DNA from: Armatimonadota bacterium
GTDB lineage: Bacteria; Armatimonadota; UBA10988
DNA: 64,000 nt
Direction of reading: 5' to 3'
NCBI GenBank assembly: GCA_016235455.1
Contig: JACRKZ010000102.1
Coordinates: 1-64,000 of the forward strand
Part shown: positions 19,233-29,300 of the stretch, in pieces
How positions within the stretch are numbered: position 1 is the stretch's first letter
Layout: every line of letters starts with the position of its first letter
Notes under the pieces: model-generated
Told to the model about the DNA's origin: nothing
The model's database searches: none
Seen by the model: only the letters and a program-made list of their open reading frames with translations
Translations under genes and position numbers: made by a program

Positions 19233-21256
19233 CGCTCTGCCTCCCAGGCCAACAGGCGCGCCTCGTGCGCCTCGAGGGGCACATCGACATACCAGCGGCC
19301 CGTGCCGCCGTCGCGTTGCGCTGTCAGCAGGCCGGCGCGACCCGCGGCGCGTGTGCTCAGCAGCGGTCGCAGACTGCGCCGCTCGGGCAGCCAGACGCGT
19401 CGCGTCAGCGCTGTCGGCGAGTGCAGGCCGAGCACCTGATTGCTGGCGTACAGCGGGTGGTCGTCATCGCAGTAGATGTGCGCGCCGGCGCGCTGGGCGA
19501 TCTCGCGCAGCAGCCAGCCAGGCACGGGCCCGACCGCCGACCAAGCCACGCGACTGTCACCCAGGCGGCCCTCGACCAGCCCGGCGTGGCCGTCGGGCGT
19601 GCGGCCCAGCACGTCCAGGTCGGCGGTGGTCACCGCCACGAAACCCGGCTGCTGATCGGCCGCGAAACCGTAGTCATGCTCGCCCACACGCACCGACCGC
19701 ACGGCGGGCACCTGGGCGAAATGCAGTCCGGTCAGCTCGGCCATGGCCTCGACGCTCAGGCCGTCCTCGGCCACGAACCCCGGCGCGTAGGCCCACAGCA
19801 GCGTGCGGTCGGCGCCGCGCAGGCGCTTGACCGCCGCGCGCAGCTTCGCGCTCGGCGCGAACAGGTTGGGGAAGTAGATCAGCCGGTAGGCGTCGGCCGA
19901 CCAGTCAGGATCGAGCAGGTCGCCGCTGAACACGATGTCGTAAGGCGTGCCCATGCGGCCCAGGCCGTCGAGCTGCCTAAGCAGCAGGCTCTGGGCCAGG
20001 CTGCCGCGCTGGTCCACGTACAGCAGCGAGGTCGTGTCGACGACCACGGCCACCTGAGCCACCGAACGGTACGGTTGGTCGAGCAGCGATTCCGCGGCGG
20101 TCTGGGCCTGGCGGACAACGCTCCGCAGTCGATCGTCGTCGAACCAGCCGCCGAACATGTCGAACCACCACAAGCCCTGGCCCTTGGCCAGCGCCAGGCA
20201 GGCGTCGCGGCCCATGACGCCGCTGGCCTGGTCGAAGTCGGCCAGCCGCGAGTCCTGGCCGGGGATCGGTTGGCCCTCGACATGCGTCACCGCGCTGGGC
20301 GTGATGTGGTCGAACTCCAGCAACGCCAGCTTGCCATGCCGGCGCAGGCTGTCCACCGGCATCATGAAGCTGCTGACCTGGTCGGCGCGGCGGTGATGGT
20401 AGTTGGCCGGGCAAAGGAAGAAGTCGAGATCCGCCGAGGCAAAGACCCGCTCGCAGTCCAGATGCCCGCCGAACAGCAGTTGCTGGCTGCCGAACTGGAG
20501 CACATAGCCAAAGAACGCGCCGAGCACTTTGCGATGGTCGAGCACGCCTTGGGCCAGGCGTGCGAAATGCAGCAGCAGGTCGGCCACCTGCTCGTTGTGG
20601 AAGCGCCAGGCGTCGACGGCAGGCGATGCGGGGTCACGGAACTGGCCTTGAGCGAACACGCTCTCGCGCTCGGCCCGCGACGGCCACGGCCGACCCAGCG
20701 CGCGTTCGGCAGCCTCCACCTTGATCGGCTGGTCGGTGGCGTCGCGGTGACAGAACCACTCGTGAGTGCGACCGCCGAGCAGCGCATAGCCGGCGATGCG
20801 CTGGCCCCAGCGCGCCTCGCAATGGGCCAGCACGGCGGCCAGATAGGCGCCGGCGTCCGCGCGCCAGGCCGGCGAGCTGGCCGCCTCGCCCAGGTCGGTG
20901 AACGGGTTGGCATGCCCGGGATGCGCCGCCAGCCACCACTCGGGCGGGTTGAGGTCGAGCATCATCAGCACCAGTTGGCCGCCCGACCAGGCCTCCAGAT
21001 CGGCCATCTGCCGGTCGACCACAGTGAAGTCGTAGGTGCCCGGCGCGGTCCAGGCCGAGCCGTACAGGCTGTAGGGCACGCCGAGGCTGCACAGGTTGCC
21101 CGAGACCTGGGCATTGACGATGTCCACGCCCAGCGCGGCGAACTCGGCCACATAGCGCTGTTGCGGGCGGAACGAGCGGAAGGTCACCGGCGCAATGGGC
21201 CGGTCGTCGACCAGCAGGCGCGGGTGGCCGAGCGTGGTGTCGAGGCGGGTGATCAT
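19229..21256 (-). CDS. Beta-galactosidase-like glycoside hydrolase (GH42-like)
   Basis: TIM-barrel motifs (G.YDF, PPEWW, THEWF) plus a C-terminal trimerisation-like domain; ATGA coupling to GH27. Confidence 0.65.
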   Translation of the reverse strand: MITRLDTTLGHPRLLVDDRPIAPVTFRSFRPQQRYVAEFAALGVDIVNAQVSGNLCSLGVPYSLYGSAWTAPGTYDFTVVDRQMADLEAWSGGQLVLMMLDLNPPEWWLAAHPGHANPFTDLGEAASSPAWRADAGAYLAAVLAHCEARWGQRIAGYALLGGRTHEWFCHRDATDQPIKVEAAERALGRPWPSRAERESVFAQGQFRDPASPAVDAWRFHNEQVADLLLHFARLAQGVLDHRKVLGAFFGYVLQFGSQQLLFGGHLDCERVFASADLDFFLCPANYHHRRADQVSSFMMPVDSLRRHGKLALLEFDHITPSAVTHVEGQPIPGQDSRLADFDQASGVMGRDACLALAKGQGLWWFDMFGGWFDDDRLRSVVRQAQTAAESLLDQPYRSVAQVAVVVDTTSLLYVDQRGSLAQSLLLRQLDGLGRMGTPYDIVFSGDLLDPDWSADAYRLIYFPNLFAPSAKLRAAVKRLRGADRTLLWAYAPGFVAEDGLSVEAMAELTGLHFAQVPAVRSVRVGEHDYGFAADQQPGFVAVTTADLDVLGRTPDGHAGLVEGRLGDSRVAWSAVGPVPGWLLREIAQRAGAHIYCDDDHPLYASNQVLGLHSPTALTRRVWLPERRSLRPLLSTRAAGRAGLLTAQRDGGTGRWYVDVPLEAHEARLLAWEAER

Positions 21257-21259
21257 CGG

Positions 21260-21344
21260 CAGCCCTCCCTGTAGTCCCCCCGCGAGCGGGGGGACGGTGC
21301 AGTGACTCCCTCCCCGCTCGCGCGGAGGGCCGGGGTGGGGGCTG
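21260..21344. repeat. REP-like GC-rich palindromic element
   Basis: gtccccccgc-ga-gcggggggac hairpin plus ccctccccgctcgcgcggagggccggggtggggg, bounded by cagccc/gggctg. Confidence 0.6.
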
Positions 21345-21363
21345 TTCGCGACGCCATCGTAAC

Positions 21364-22125
21364 CTACCCTTCCGCGCCAAGCGGCACCAACTGCACCGAC
21401 ACGCCGCCATCCACCACCAGCCGCGCGCCAGTCACGTTGGCCGCGTCAAGGGAGGCGAAGTACAGCACCGCCGCCGCCACGTCGTCGGCACTCGCGGGCT
21501 CGCCAAGCGGGGCATTGGCCCGCCGCCGCGCGGCGACCTCGGGGTCCAGTGTCGCCCAGCGCTCGGTGAGGATGTAGCCCGGCGCCACGGTGTTCACGCG
21601 GATGCCGTGCGGCGCCAGGTCCAGCGCCATGGCCCGCGTCAGCGCGTCGATAGCGCCCTTGGAGGCGCAGTAGGCCGTGCGCCCGCGCACCGGCCGCTCG
21701 GCCGTGTTGGAGCTGACATTGACGATCGCGCCTCGCGTGCTCTGGTCGATCATGCGCCGCGCCGCAGCCTGTGCGCAGCGGTAGTAGCCCAGCACGTTGA
21801 CCGCCATGACCGCCTCGAGCAGCTCGTCATCGACGTCTACGAACGTCGGACCCAGGCCCAGATGGGCCGCGTTGTTGACCAGCACGTCCACCCCACCCAG
21901 CTCGCGGTCGACGATGTCGAACAGTGTTCGGACTCCGCACGCCGTGCCGAGGTCGGCGACGGCCGGCACCGCGCCGGGCACGCTGGCCACGGCGGCGTCG
22001 ACATGGGCCGGGTCGGTGCCGTTGATGGCCACCCGCGCGCCCTCGGCGGCGAAACGCCGGGCAATGCCCAGACCGGTGTTGCGCGAGGAGCCAGTGACCA
22101 CCACGCGCGCGCCGTCAAAGCGCAT
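21364..22125 (-). CDS. SDR family oxidoreductase
   Basis: TGSSRNTG, VNNAA, YCASK, NTVAPG. Confidence 0.93.
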   Translation of the reverse strand: MRFDGARVVVTGSSRNTGLGIARRFAAEGARVAINGTDPAHVDAAVASVPGAVPAVADLGTACGVRTLFDIVDRELGGVDVLVNNAAHLGLGPTFVDVDDELLEAVMAVNVLGYYRCAQAAARRMIDQSTRGAIVNVSSNTAERPVRGRTAYCASKGAIDALTRAMALDLAPHGIRVNTVAPGYILTERWATLDPEVAARRRANAPLGEPASADDVAAAVLYFASLDAANVTGARLVVDGGVSVQLVPLGAEG

Positions 22126-22126
22126 A

Positions 22127-23296
22127 TCAGGTCTCCTTCATCCACGGCACCGCGTCGGGCGGGCGGATCTCGGTCAGCGTGCCCACGTAGTGCCGCAGGT
22201 TGCGCCGCTCGTAGGGATGCTGGGCGATGGCTTCCAGGTTCAGATCCAGGCCCAGGCCGGGCGCCGTGGGGATGAGCATCTCGCCGGCGGCGAAGCGCAC
22301 GTCCTCGGTAGTGACATCGCCACGCCAGGGGACATCGGTGTTCATCGTCTCCAGCAGCCAGAAGTTGGGCACGCAGGCGGCCAGATGCAGCGTGGCCGCG
22401 TTGGCCACCGGGCCGATGGGGTTGTGCGGGCAGACCACGCGGCTGTAGGTTTCGGTCATGGCGGCGATCTTGCGCAACTCGCCGATGCCGCCCACATGGC
22501 TGACATCGGGCTGGAGGATGTCGGCGCAGCCCTGCTCCAGGTAGGTGCGCGCATCCCACCGCGAGTAGAGCCGCTCGCCGCCGGCGATGGGCACCCGGCT
22601 GCGGCGCACCACCTCCGCCATGCCCTCGGGGTGGTCGGGCATGATCGGCTCCTCGAACCATGAGATGTCGAAGTCCTCCAGCGCGTGGGCGATGCGAATG
22701 GCCGTCGGCACGTCGAACCGGCCGTGGCCCTCGATGAGGATGTTGACCTCCGGCCCGACCGCCTCGGCGACCGCCGCCACACAGGCGATGGCCTGCCGCA
22801 GCTCGGCCTTCTCGATGGTGCGGTAGGCGGAGCCGAAGGGGTCCCACTTGAGCCCGCGGAAGCCCTGGTCGACCGCGATGCGGGCTTTTGCAGCAAACTC
22901 CTCGGGCGTCTTGGCCGGCGAGAACCAGCCGTTGGCGTAGCACGGCACGCGGTCACGGCAGCGGCCGCCGAGCAACTGCCAGACCGGCACGCCGAGAGCC
23001 TTGCCCTTGATGTCCCAGAGCGCCATCTCGACACCCGACAGAGCGGTCATCAGCACCGGGCCGCCGCGCCAGTAGCTGTCGCGGTAGCACTCGTGCCAGA
23101 TGGACTCGATGTCGTGCGGGTCGCGGCCGATGAGGTGGCGCTCCAACTCCTGCACCGCGGCCGCGGCCGTCGGCTCGCGCATCTCCAGCGTCGCCTCGCC
23201 GATGCCGTGCAGACCCTCGTCGGTCATCACCCGCACAAACACCCAGTTGGCGCGGTAGCAGTGGCAGAGGTAGGTCTCCAGGGCCGTGATCTTCAT
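22127..23296 (-). CDS. dgoD: Galactonate dehydratase-like protein (mandelate racemase/enolase superfamily)
   Basis: ALWDIKGK, YANGWF, KWDPF, EGHGRF, FEEP, GERL, PHNP.GP; exact substrate is inferred. Confidence 0.8.
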   Translation of the reverse strand: MKITALETYLCHCYRANWVFVRVMTDEGLHGIGEATLEMREPTAAAAVQELERHLIGRDPHDIESIWHECYRDSYWRGGPVLMTALSGVEMALWDIKGKALGVPVWQLLGGRCRDRVPCYANGWFSPAKTPEEFAAKARIAVDQGFRGLKWDPFGSAYRTIEKAELRQAIACVAAVAEAVGPEVNILIEGHGRFDVPTAIRIAHALEDFDISWFEEPIMPDHPEGMAEVVRRSRVPIAGGERLYSRWDARTYLEQGCADILQPDVSHVGGIGELRKIAAMTETYSRVVCPHNPIGPVANAATLHLAACVPNFWLLETMNTDVPWRGDVTTEDVRFAAGEMLIPTAPGLGLDLNLEAIAQHPYERRNLRHYVGTLTEIRPPDAVPWMKET

Positions 23297-24129
23297 TCGG
23301 CGTCTCCAAACGGTGACTGGCTCATCTCGTCGCGCATGGGGTCCAGAGGCAGCGTGGCCCAGTCGATGACCGGCATGGGCCCGGGCAGCTCACCGCCGAG
23401 TTCGGCCGACAGCTCAACCGCCGCCGACCACAGCGCGGCGGTCATGCGCGCGCAACGCTCACCGTCGGCGCGGAACGCTGGGCAGGCCACGCCAATCGAC
23501 GCCACGGGCGCCCCTTTGGCCACGACCGGCAGCGCCAGCAGCACCTGCCCGCCGTCGCGATCGGTGCGCAGCGCGCAGTAGCCCAGCGCGCGCACCCGCC
23601 GCAGATCCGCCTGCCAGGCCGCCAGCGAGCAGCCTGGCCGCGTGTCGGGGCTGCGCTCGACAAAGGCCGGCCAGGCCGCCTCGTCGCCGCAGGCCACCAG
23701 CAGTCGGCCCGTGGCCAGCTTGAGCGCCTGGGGCCAGGACCATTGCGGGAAGTGGATGGTGATCGCCTCGGTGCCCGGCTGGAAGGCGATGAGCCGGGCC
23801 TCGAAGCCCAGCAGGATCGTCGCCGAGGCGGCCTCGCCCGATTCGCGCGCCACCCGCACGAGTTTGGGCTGGAGGATGTCGGGCAGCGCTTGCACCGGAT
23901 CCCAGCGCGAAGCCAGCACGCCGGCCGCGGGCCCCAACCGGTAGCGTCCGTTGTGGTTCAGGAGGAAGTGACGCGTCGCCAGCGTGCGCAGCAGGTTGTG
24001 TACCGTGGCGACATGCAGCCCCAGCTCACGCGCCAGCTCCGACACGCCGATCTCGCCCGCTGCGGCCACCGCCTCCAGCAGGTCCAGCGCCCGCTCCACC
24101 GACTGCACCAGATTGCCCGTGTTCGCCAC
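23293..24129 (-). CDS. IclR family transcriptional regulator
   Basis: VQSVERALDLLE..GVSELARELGL..ATVHNLLRTL HTH; ATGRLL and GY motifs in the effector domain. Confidence 0.92.
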   Translation of the reverse strand: MANTGNLVQSVERALDLLEAVAAAGEIGVSELARELGLHVATVHNLLRTLATRHFLLNHNGRYRLGPAAGVLASRWDPVQALPDILQPKLVRVARESGEAASATILLGFEARLIAFQPGTEAITIHFPQWSWPQALKLATGRLLVACGDEAAWPAFVERSPDTRPGCSLAAWQADLRRVRALGYCALRTDRDGGQVLLALPVVAKGAPVASIGVACPAFRADGERCARMTAALWSAAVELSAELGGELPGPMPVIDWATLPLDPMRDEMSQSPFGDAE

Positions 24130-24269
24130 GTCGCACGCCTCCGCATATCAGAATAGCGGATGGCTTATGGCAATGCAAGATGCACCGGGTGCTTGGCGCA
24201 GCTATGCGTAGCCCAGCCTGGTCTCGGGGCTACGCACGGCCAATCGGTGCGATGCGCTGGTGCTAAGGG

Positions 24270-24518
24270 TCAGTAGGCCCGAGCGGCGCGGGCGGTACGC
24301 GCCGGTGCGGCGTAGCCGGTGCGGCGACCGACCGTCGCGGCGCGCGGCGCGGCCGGCTGCGCGTAGGTGGCATAGAAGGTCGGTTCGTTGCCCACATACG
24401 ACGGCCAGAGCCACGCGCCGTCCAGCGGCAGTCTGGCGTAGACCGTGACATTGGGCGCGTCGGCCGGTGTGACAGGCTCGGCCAACAGGGCCGCAGCGAA
24501 GAGTATCGTCAACATCAT
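24270..24518 (-). CDS. Small secreted hypothetical protein
   Basis: AAAGGA RBS, signal-peptide-like N-terminus, 82 aa. Confidence 0.45.
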   Translation of the reverse strand: MMLTILFAAALLAEPVTPADAPNVTVYARLPLDGAWLWPSYVGNEPTFYATYAQPAAPRAATVGRRTGYAAPARTARAARAY

Positions 24519-24916
24519 CAGCTTCCTTTGATCCTCACTGTGGGTGGCCCTGAAATCTGAGCAAGGCAGCGGATCCGGCGTTCGTCACAGCTTCGCCATA
24601 CTTGCTATGGCGGTCCGACTCGCTCCACAGCTGACGGGAAGGACCGTGGGTGGCTGATGGCACACTCCGCGGGGCCAAGGCAGGTCCCAGCCCAGGACCA
24701 GACTGCTGTCGTTGAGCAAGGCGCAGTTCGACGAGCGATTCCCCTCGACGCCATACCCGACGGGAGGTGGGGTGATGCCGGCACCGCCTGCTGCGTTCGC
24801 GGCACGTCGTCGGGCCAGACCGACACGAGGCTGTTCGACTGGCCCGACTGCTGAGCGCCAACGCTGAACCAGGACCGCGGGCCGAGCGTCTATGCTCCAC
24901 CGAGAGGGAACCGCAC

Positions 24917-26278
24917 ATGGACCGCCGACACTTCCTCGGCGCCGCCGGCCTCGGCCTGGCGGCGGCTGCCTGTCGTTCACCTTTGCGCGCCGCCGATGCG
25001 CCGGCCGGCCGCCGGCCCAACATCATCCTCATCCTGAGCGATGACGTGGGCATCGCCGAGCTGAGTTGCTACGGCGGCGAGCACCCCACGCCGCGGCTCG
25101 ACGCCCTGGCCGGTGCCGGTATCCGCTTCGAGCAGTGCTACTCCACGCCGCTCTGCGGGCCGTCGCGCTGCCAGTTGCTCACCGGGCGCTATCCGTTCCG
25201 CACGGGGCTCAACACCAACCAGAGCGCCACGGCCGTCTCGCCCCAACGCGAGGTGATGATCCCCACCGTGATGCGCAAGGCCGGCTACGTGACCGGCAGC
25301 GTGGGCAAATGGGGCCAGATCTGCCTGGGACCCAAGGAGTGGGGTTTCGACGAGTGGTTCGTGTTCCAGGGCAGCGGCCGCTACTGGGCCAGCCAGAACA
25401 TCAGCTACAACGTCAGCGGTCAGAGCAAGACGCTGGGACAGAAGGAGTATCTGCCCGACCTCATGCACGACTTCGCCGTCGACTTCACCACCCGGCACCG
25501 CGACAAGCCGTTCATGCTGTACTACCCCATGTCGCACATCCACGGGCCGATCATGCCCACGCCCGACAGCAAGCCGGGCGCCGACGCCAAGCAGCTGTAC
25601 GCGGACAACATCAGCTACATGGATAAGCTGGTGGGCAAGCTGGTCGACCATCTGGACCGGCTCGGGCTGCGCGAGAACACGCTGATCCTGTTCGTCGGTG
25701 ACAACGGCACGGCGCGCTTTGGCGAGGCGACTATTGGCGGCAAGTCGCTCAGCGGCAAGAAGGGCTCCATGCTCGAAGGCGGCGCGCGCGTGCCGCTGCT
25801 GGCCAACTGGCCCGGCACCACGCCCACGGGCCGGGTCAATCGCGACCTGATCGACTTCTCGGACTTCTTCGCCACCTGCGCCAGCCTCGGCCGCGCCGAT
25901 CTGCCCGCGGGCGTCACCCTCGACAGCCAGAGCTTCGCCGAGCAGTTGCGGGGCGAAGCCGGCAAGCCGCGCGAGTGGGTCTATGTCGAACTCGGCGGCA
26001 AGAGCTACGTGCGCGACAACCGCTACAAGCTGACCAACGGCGGCGCGCTCTTCGACCTGTCCAAGGCGCCGTTCGAAGAGATCGCGGTGCCGGACGACAC
26101 CAAGGACACGCTGGCGCTGGCCTCGCGCGCCAAGCTGCAGGCCGTGCTCGATACACATCGGGCCAAGCCGGCGGGCGGCGGCGGCGGCGGCGGCGGCGCG
26201 GCAGGTGCAGCCGGCAAGGGCAAGGCCAATCGACCGGGCAAGGCCGGCCGACGCGCGAAGGGTCAAGCGGCGAAGTAG
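24917..26278 (+). CDS. Sulfatase, Tat-exported
   Basis: MDRRHF leader, SDDVG, CGPSR, GKWG, GDNG. Confidence 0.92.
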   Translation: MDRRHFLGAAGLGLAAAACRSPLRAADAPAGRRPNIILILSDDVGIAELSCYGGEHPTPRLDALAGAGIRFEQCYSTPLCGPSRCQLLTGRYPFRTGLNTNQSATAVSPQREVMIPTVMRKAGYVTGSVGKWGQICLGPKEWGFDEWFVFQGSGRYWASQNISYNVSGQSKTLGQKEYLPDLMHDFAVDFTTRHRDKPFMLYYPMSHIHGPIMPTPDSKPGADAKQLYADNISYMDKLVGKLVDHLDRLGLRENTLILFVGDNGTARFGEATIGGKSLSGKKGSMLEGGARVPLLANWPGTTPTGRVNRDLIDFSDFFATCASLGRADLPAGVTLDSQSFAEQLRGEAGKPREWVYVELGGKSYVRDNRYKLTNGGALFDLSKAPFEEIAVPDDTKDTLALASRAKLQAVLDTHRAKPAGGGGGGGGAAGAAGKGKANRPGKAGRRAKGQAAK

Positions 26279-26315
26279 ACGCTCGGGCTCGTCGCCCCGG
26301 CGCCCGGCGTCGGGG

Positions 26316-29300
26316 TCACTTGCCCAGCGGCGTTCCCTCGCTGATCACCGTGACCTGGGCGCGCGCTCTCACGCCCGCCGGTGCCTCGGCGGCGAACGTC
26401 AGGGCGTTGGTGCCCGGCGCGAGGCTCGGCACCACGCCGCGCGGCGTCACATGCGCGATGACCGCGCCGCGCTCATCGCGCATGGTAGCCTCGCCGGTCC
26501 CCTCGTACTCCAGGTACTGGCCGCTCTCCAAGGTGACCGGGAAGCTCAGCGCCTGGCCCGCCACCGTTACCGTCGGGTTGGTCAGTTTGACCTTGAGCAC
26601 GGGCAGCGCCCTGACCGCGCTGAGGTAGCAGGTGATCGGCTCACCAGGCGGCAGGTTGTTGGCCCACAGGTTGAACGCCCCCACCCGACCCCGCACCAAC
26701 GGGCTGCGACCGACCTCGCAGGCCCCGCCATACGGCCAGAAGTAGTCCTGATGGCGCTGGGCATCACGCTCGCGCAGCAGCAGTTCCACGTAGCGCCAGC
26801 CGACGAAGTCGATGTCCACGTAGTGGTCGTCCCAGGCCGTGTAGTCCTCGCGGGTGTTGTTGAGCTGGAGGTTCAGCAACTCGCCCTTCCCATCGCCATG
26901 GATCCACACGCCCAGCGCGCCACACGCGCTCATGTTCAGCGGCGGCGTGAAGGCCTGGGCCAGTTTGGTCCACGCGCCGCGGCGCTCGGCCGTGGTGTTC
27001 GTGGCGGTCAGCCGGCCGCTCACGCTGCCCGCGCGCGCGGGCTCGGTGGCCGTGGTCAGGCTCTGCGTCGCGCCCGCCGCCTGCGGGGTGAACCGCTCGG
27101 GGCGGGTGAAGTCGGTGACCAGCACCCCGTCAGGCGAATCGTAGGGCTGCACGGCATACAACGCCTCGATCCGCAGCCGCAGCGGCTGGGCGGCGTGGCG
27201 ATTGATCACCTGCCAGCGGCCGGAGCCGTCGTCGAGCGCGGTCACGCGATGGTGCGCGTAGTCCGTGGGTCGCAGCTGCCAGGCGCCGCCCGCGGCCGGC
27301 GCGAGCCGGAACTGCTCGCCCGGCGCGCGCAGTCTGGCCAGCACCTGCGGCGCGAACGCGCGGTCCAGCCGCAGCCGCTCATAGCGCCCGAGCAGGGCCA
27401 GGTACTCGTCCTGGCGCGCATTGGGCGGAGTGGGCCCGGCCTCGATGCCCTGCAGGCTTGACGAGTGGTCCCAGCCCAGGCACTTGCCGGCGAAGTACTC
27501 CATGTCCTCGGGGAACATGCCCGCGTGGTCGGCCGACGGGCCGTTGAGCACCCACCAGCCCATGTGGCCGGGCAGCATCTCGCCCGTCGCGTAGGTGGCC
27601 AGCTCGGCGCAGTGCAGGTCGGTGAAGCGGTTGTAGCCCCACAGCGGATGGTCCCAGGCGCCCACCCGCGAATGGAACGGCCAGGCGCCCCACGAGCCCG
27701 AGCTGGACTCGACCAGCACGCGTCCCTTCAGCCGGCGGAAGATGGCCTGCTTCATGACGGCCACCGCGTGCGCGGTCTTCATGCCCTCGGAGCCGTCCAT
27801 GTAGATCATGTCGAACCCGCAGGTGTTGTAGACCTCGGCGATGCGCGCGGCCAGTTCATCGACCAGCGTGCTGCCCTCGTCGGGGATGTAGCAGCAGTAG
27901 CTGGCCAGCAGATGGTCCGTCGCGTCGCCCTGAGCATGCGCCGCCGGCCGGGTCCCCCACCGCCCGCGCGTGCAGCCGTTGAAGCCGTAGGGCGGCTGGC
28001 TGGCGATGCCGCTGTAGGCGATGATCTCGTCGCCGATCTGGATGGTGTTGCCCGTGCTCATATCGCTCCAGAAGGTCTCCAGCCCTTCGGGCCGCTCGAC
28101 GGTCGGGATCACCTTGTCGTTCGGGCCGATATCGCCGGCCAGCGTGAAATGGGCGTCCTTGGCCAGCCGCTTGTCGGGCACCGGCGCCACCCAGGGGTCG
28201 TCGACCTGGATGCACCCGGTGAGCGTATGCATGCCGGCCTTGAGCCCGGCCGCATGGACCTTGGCCACCACCTGCGCGAGCCCGGCCAGGCCGTGGGGGA
28301 ACAGCGCCGGATTGGGCTCGTAGTGCCCCATGGTGCGCCACCACGGGTGGAAGTGGATCTCGGCGAAGCCGCCGCGGCGGGCCAGGGCGATCCACTCGTC
28401 GACATTGGCCTCGGAGATCGTGGCGAACACGTATGAGCCGCGATTCTCGGGCGCGTCGAGCGCGAACGGCCCGCCCAGCGGCGAGTACGGCAGCCCTTCG
28501 GCGCGTACGACGTCCTGCAGCACGCTCCTGATGGCCGCCTGCGGGCACGCGACCAGCGCCACCTTGGCGCCGACGAGGCCGTAGCGGCGCTCGCAGCGCG
28601 GCGTGAGCACGGCCGGCTCGCCGCCCTGCACCGCGGCCTCGACCTGCAGGTTGAGCGGCACAGTGGCCGCGGCAAAGTCGGCGTTCACCGCCCAGGCTAC
28701 GGAGGCGCTGGAGCGCTTGGCGCCGGCGAAGGCCACGCGCCCGAAGACCACCTGCTCGACCTGCGGGTCGCTGACCGACAGTAGCTCGCAGACCAGGTAG
28801 CGACCGCGGTCGGTGACCTTGACCCGCGCGCTGACGCCCGACCGACCAAAGGTGAAGCTGAGCACGCCGTCACGGTACCCGCAGGCGCTCGGCCGGAAGG
28901 TCGTCCCGCCACGCCGGATGCTGACGAAGTCGACGGCCGGCTGGCCACCATGGTCGCGGCCGGTGGCGCGGTCCACCAGCCCCACCACACGACCGCGCTG
29001 GTCGAGCAGCAGGCGCGCTGAGCGAGTCTCCAGGGTCACCGCGGGCTTGGCCGGAACCGTCGGCATCGGTGCGTAGGCGACGCTGGTCCGCTGTGGCGCG
29101 CCGGCCCGATAGTCCGCGAGCACCTGCTCGGGCGTCAGCGCGCGGTTGTAGAGCTTCACCTCGTCGATCAGGCCGGTATGGCCGGGCTGCTCACCGGCCC
29201 AGCGCCCGACCTGCAAGTCGCCCGTGGCTCCCACCGGATAGTCCCATTGGGCGGTGCCGACCTGCTTGCCATCGAGGTAGGTGGTCACCGTGGGCCGCGC

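Noticed and set aside
15303-19439. 1378-aa plus-strand ORF and other long antisense ORFs (e.g. 41763-44168, 45413-47887, 54517-56835)
   Set aside because: Shadow ORFs opposite clearly recognisable genes; expected in high-GC DNA and lacking any motifs.
26174-26197. (GGC)8 tract as a phase-variation site
   Set aside because: In-frame poly-Gly in a low-complexity C-terminal tail; length changes would not shift the frame.
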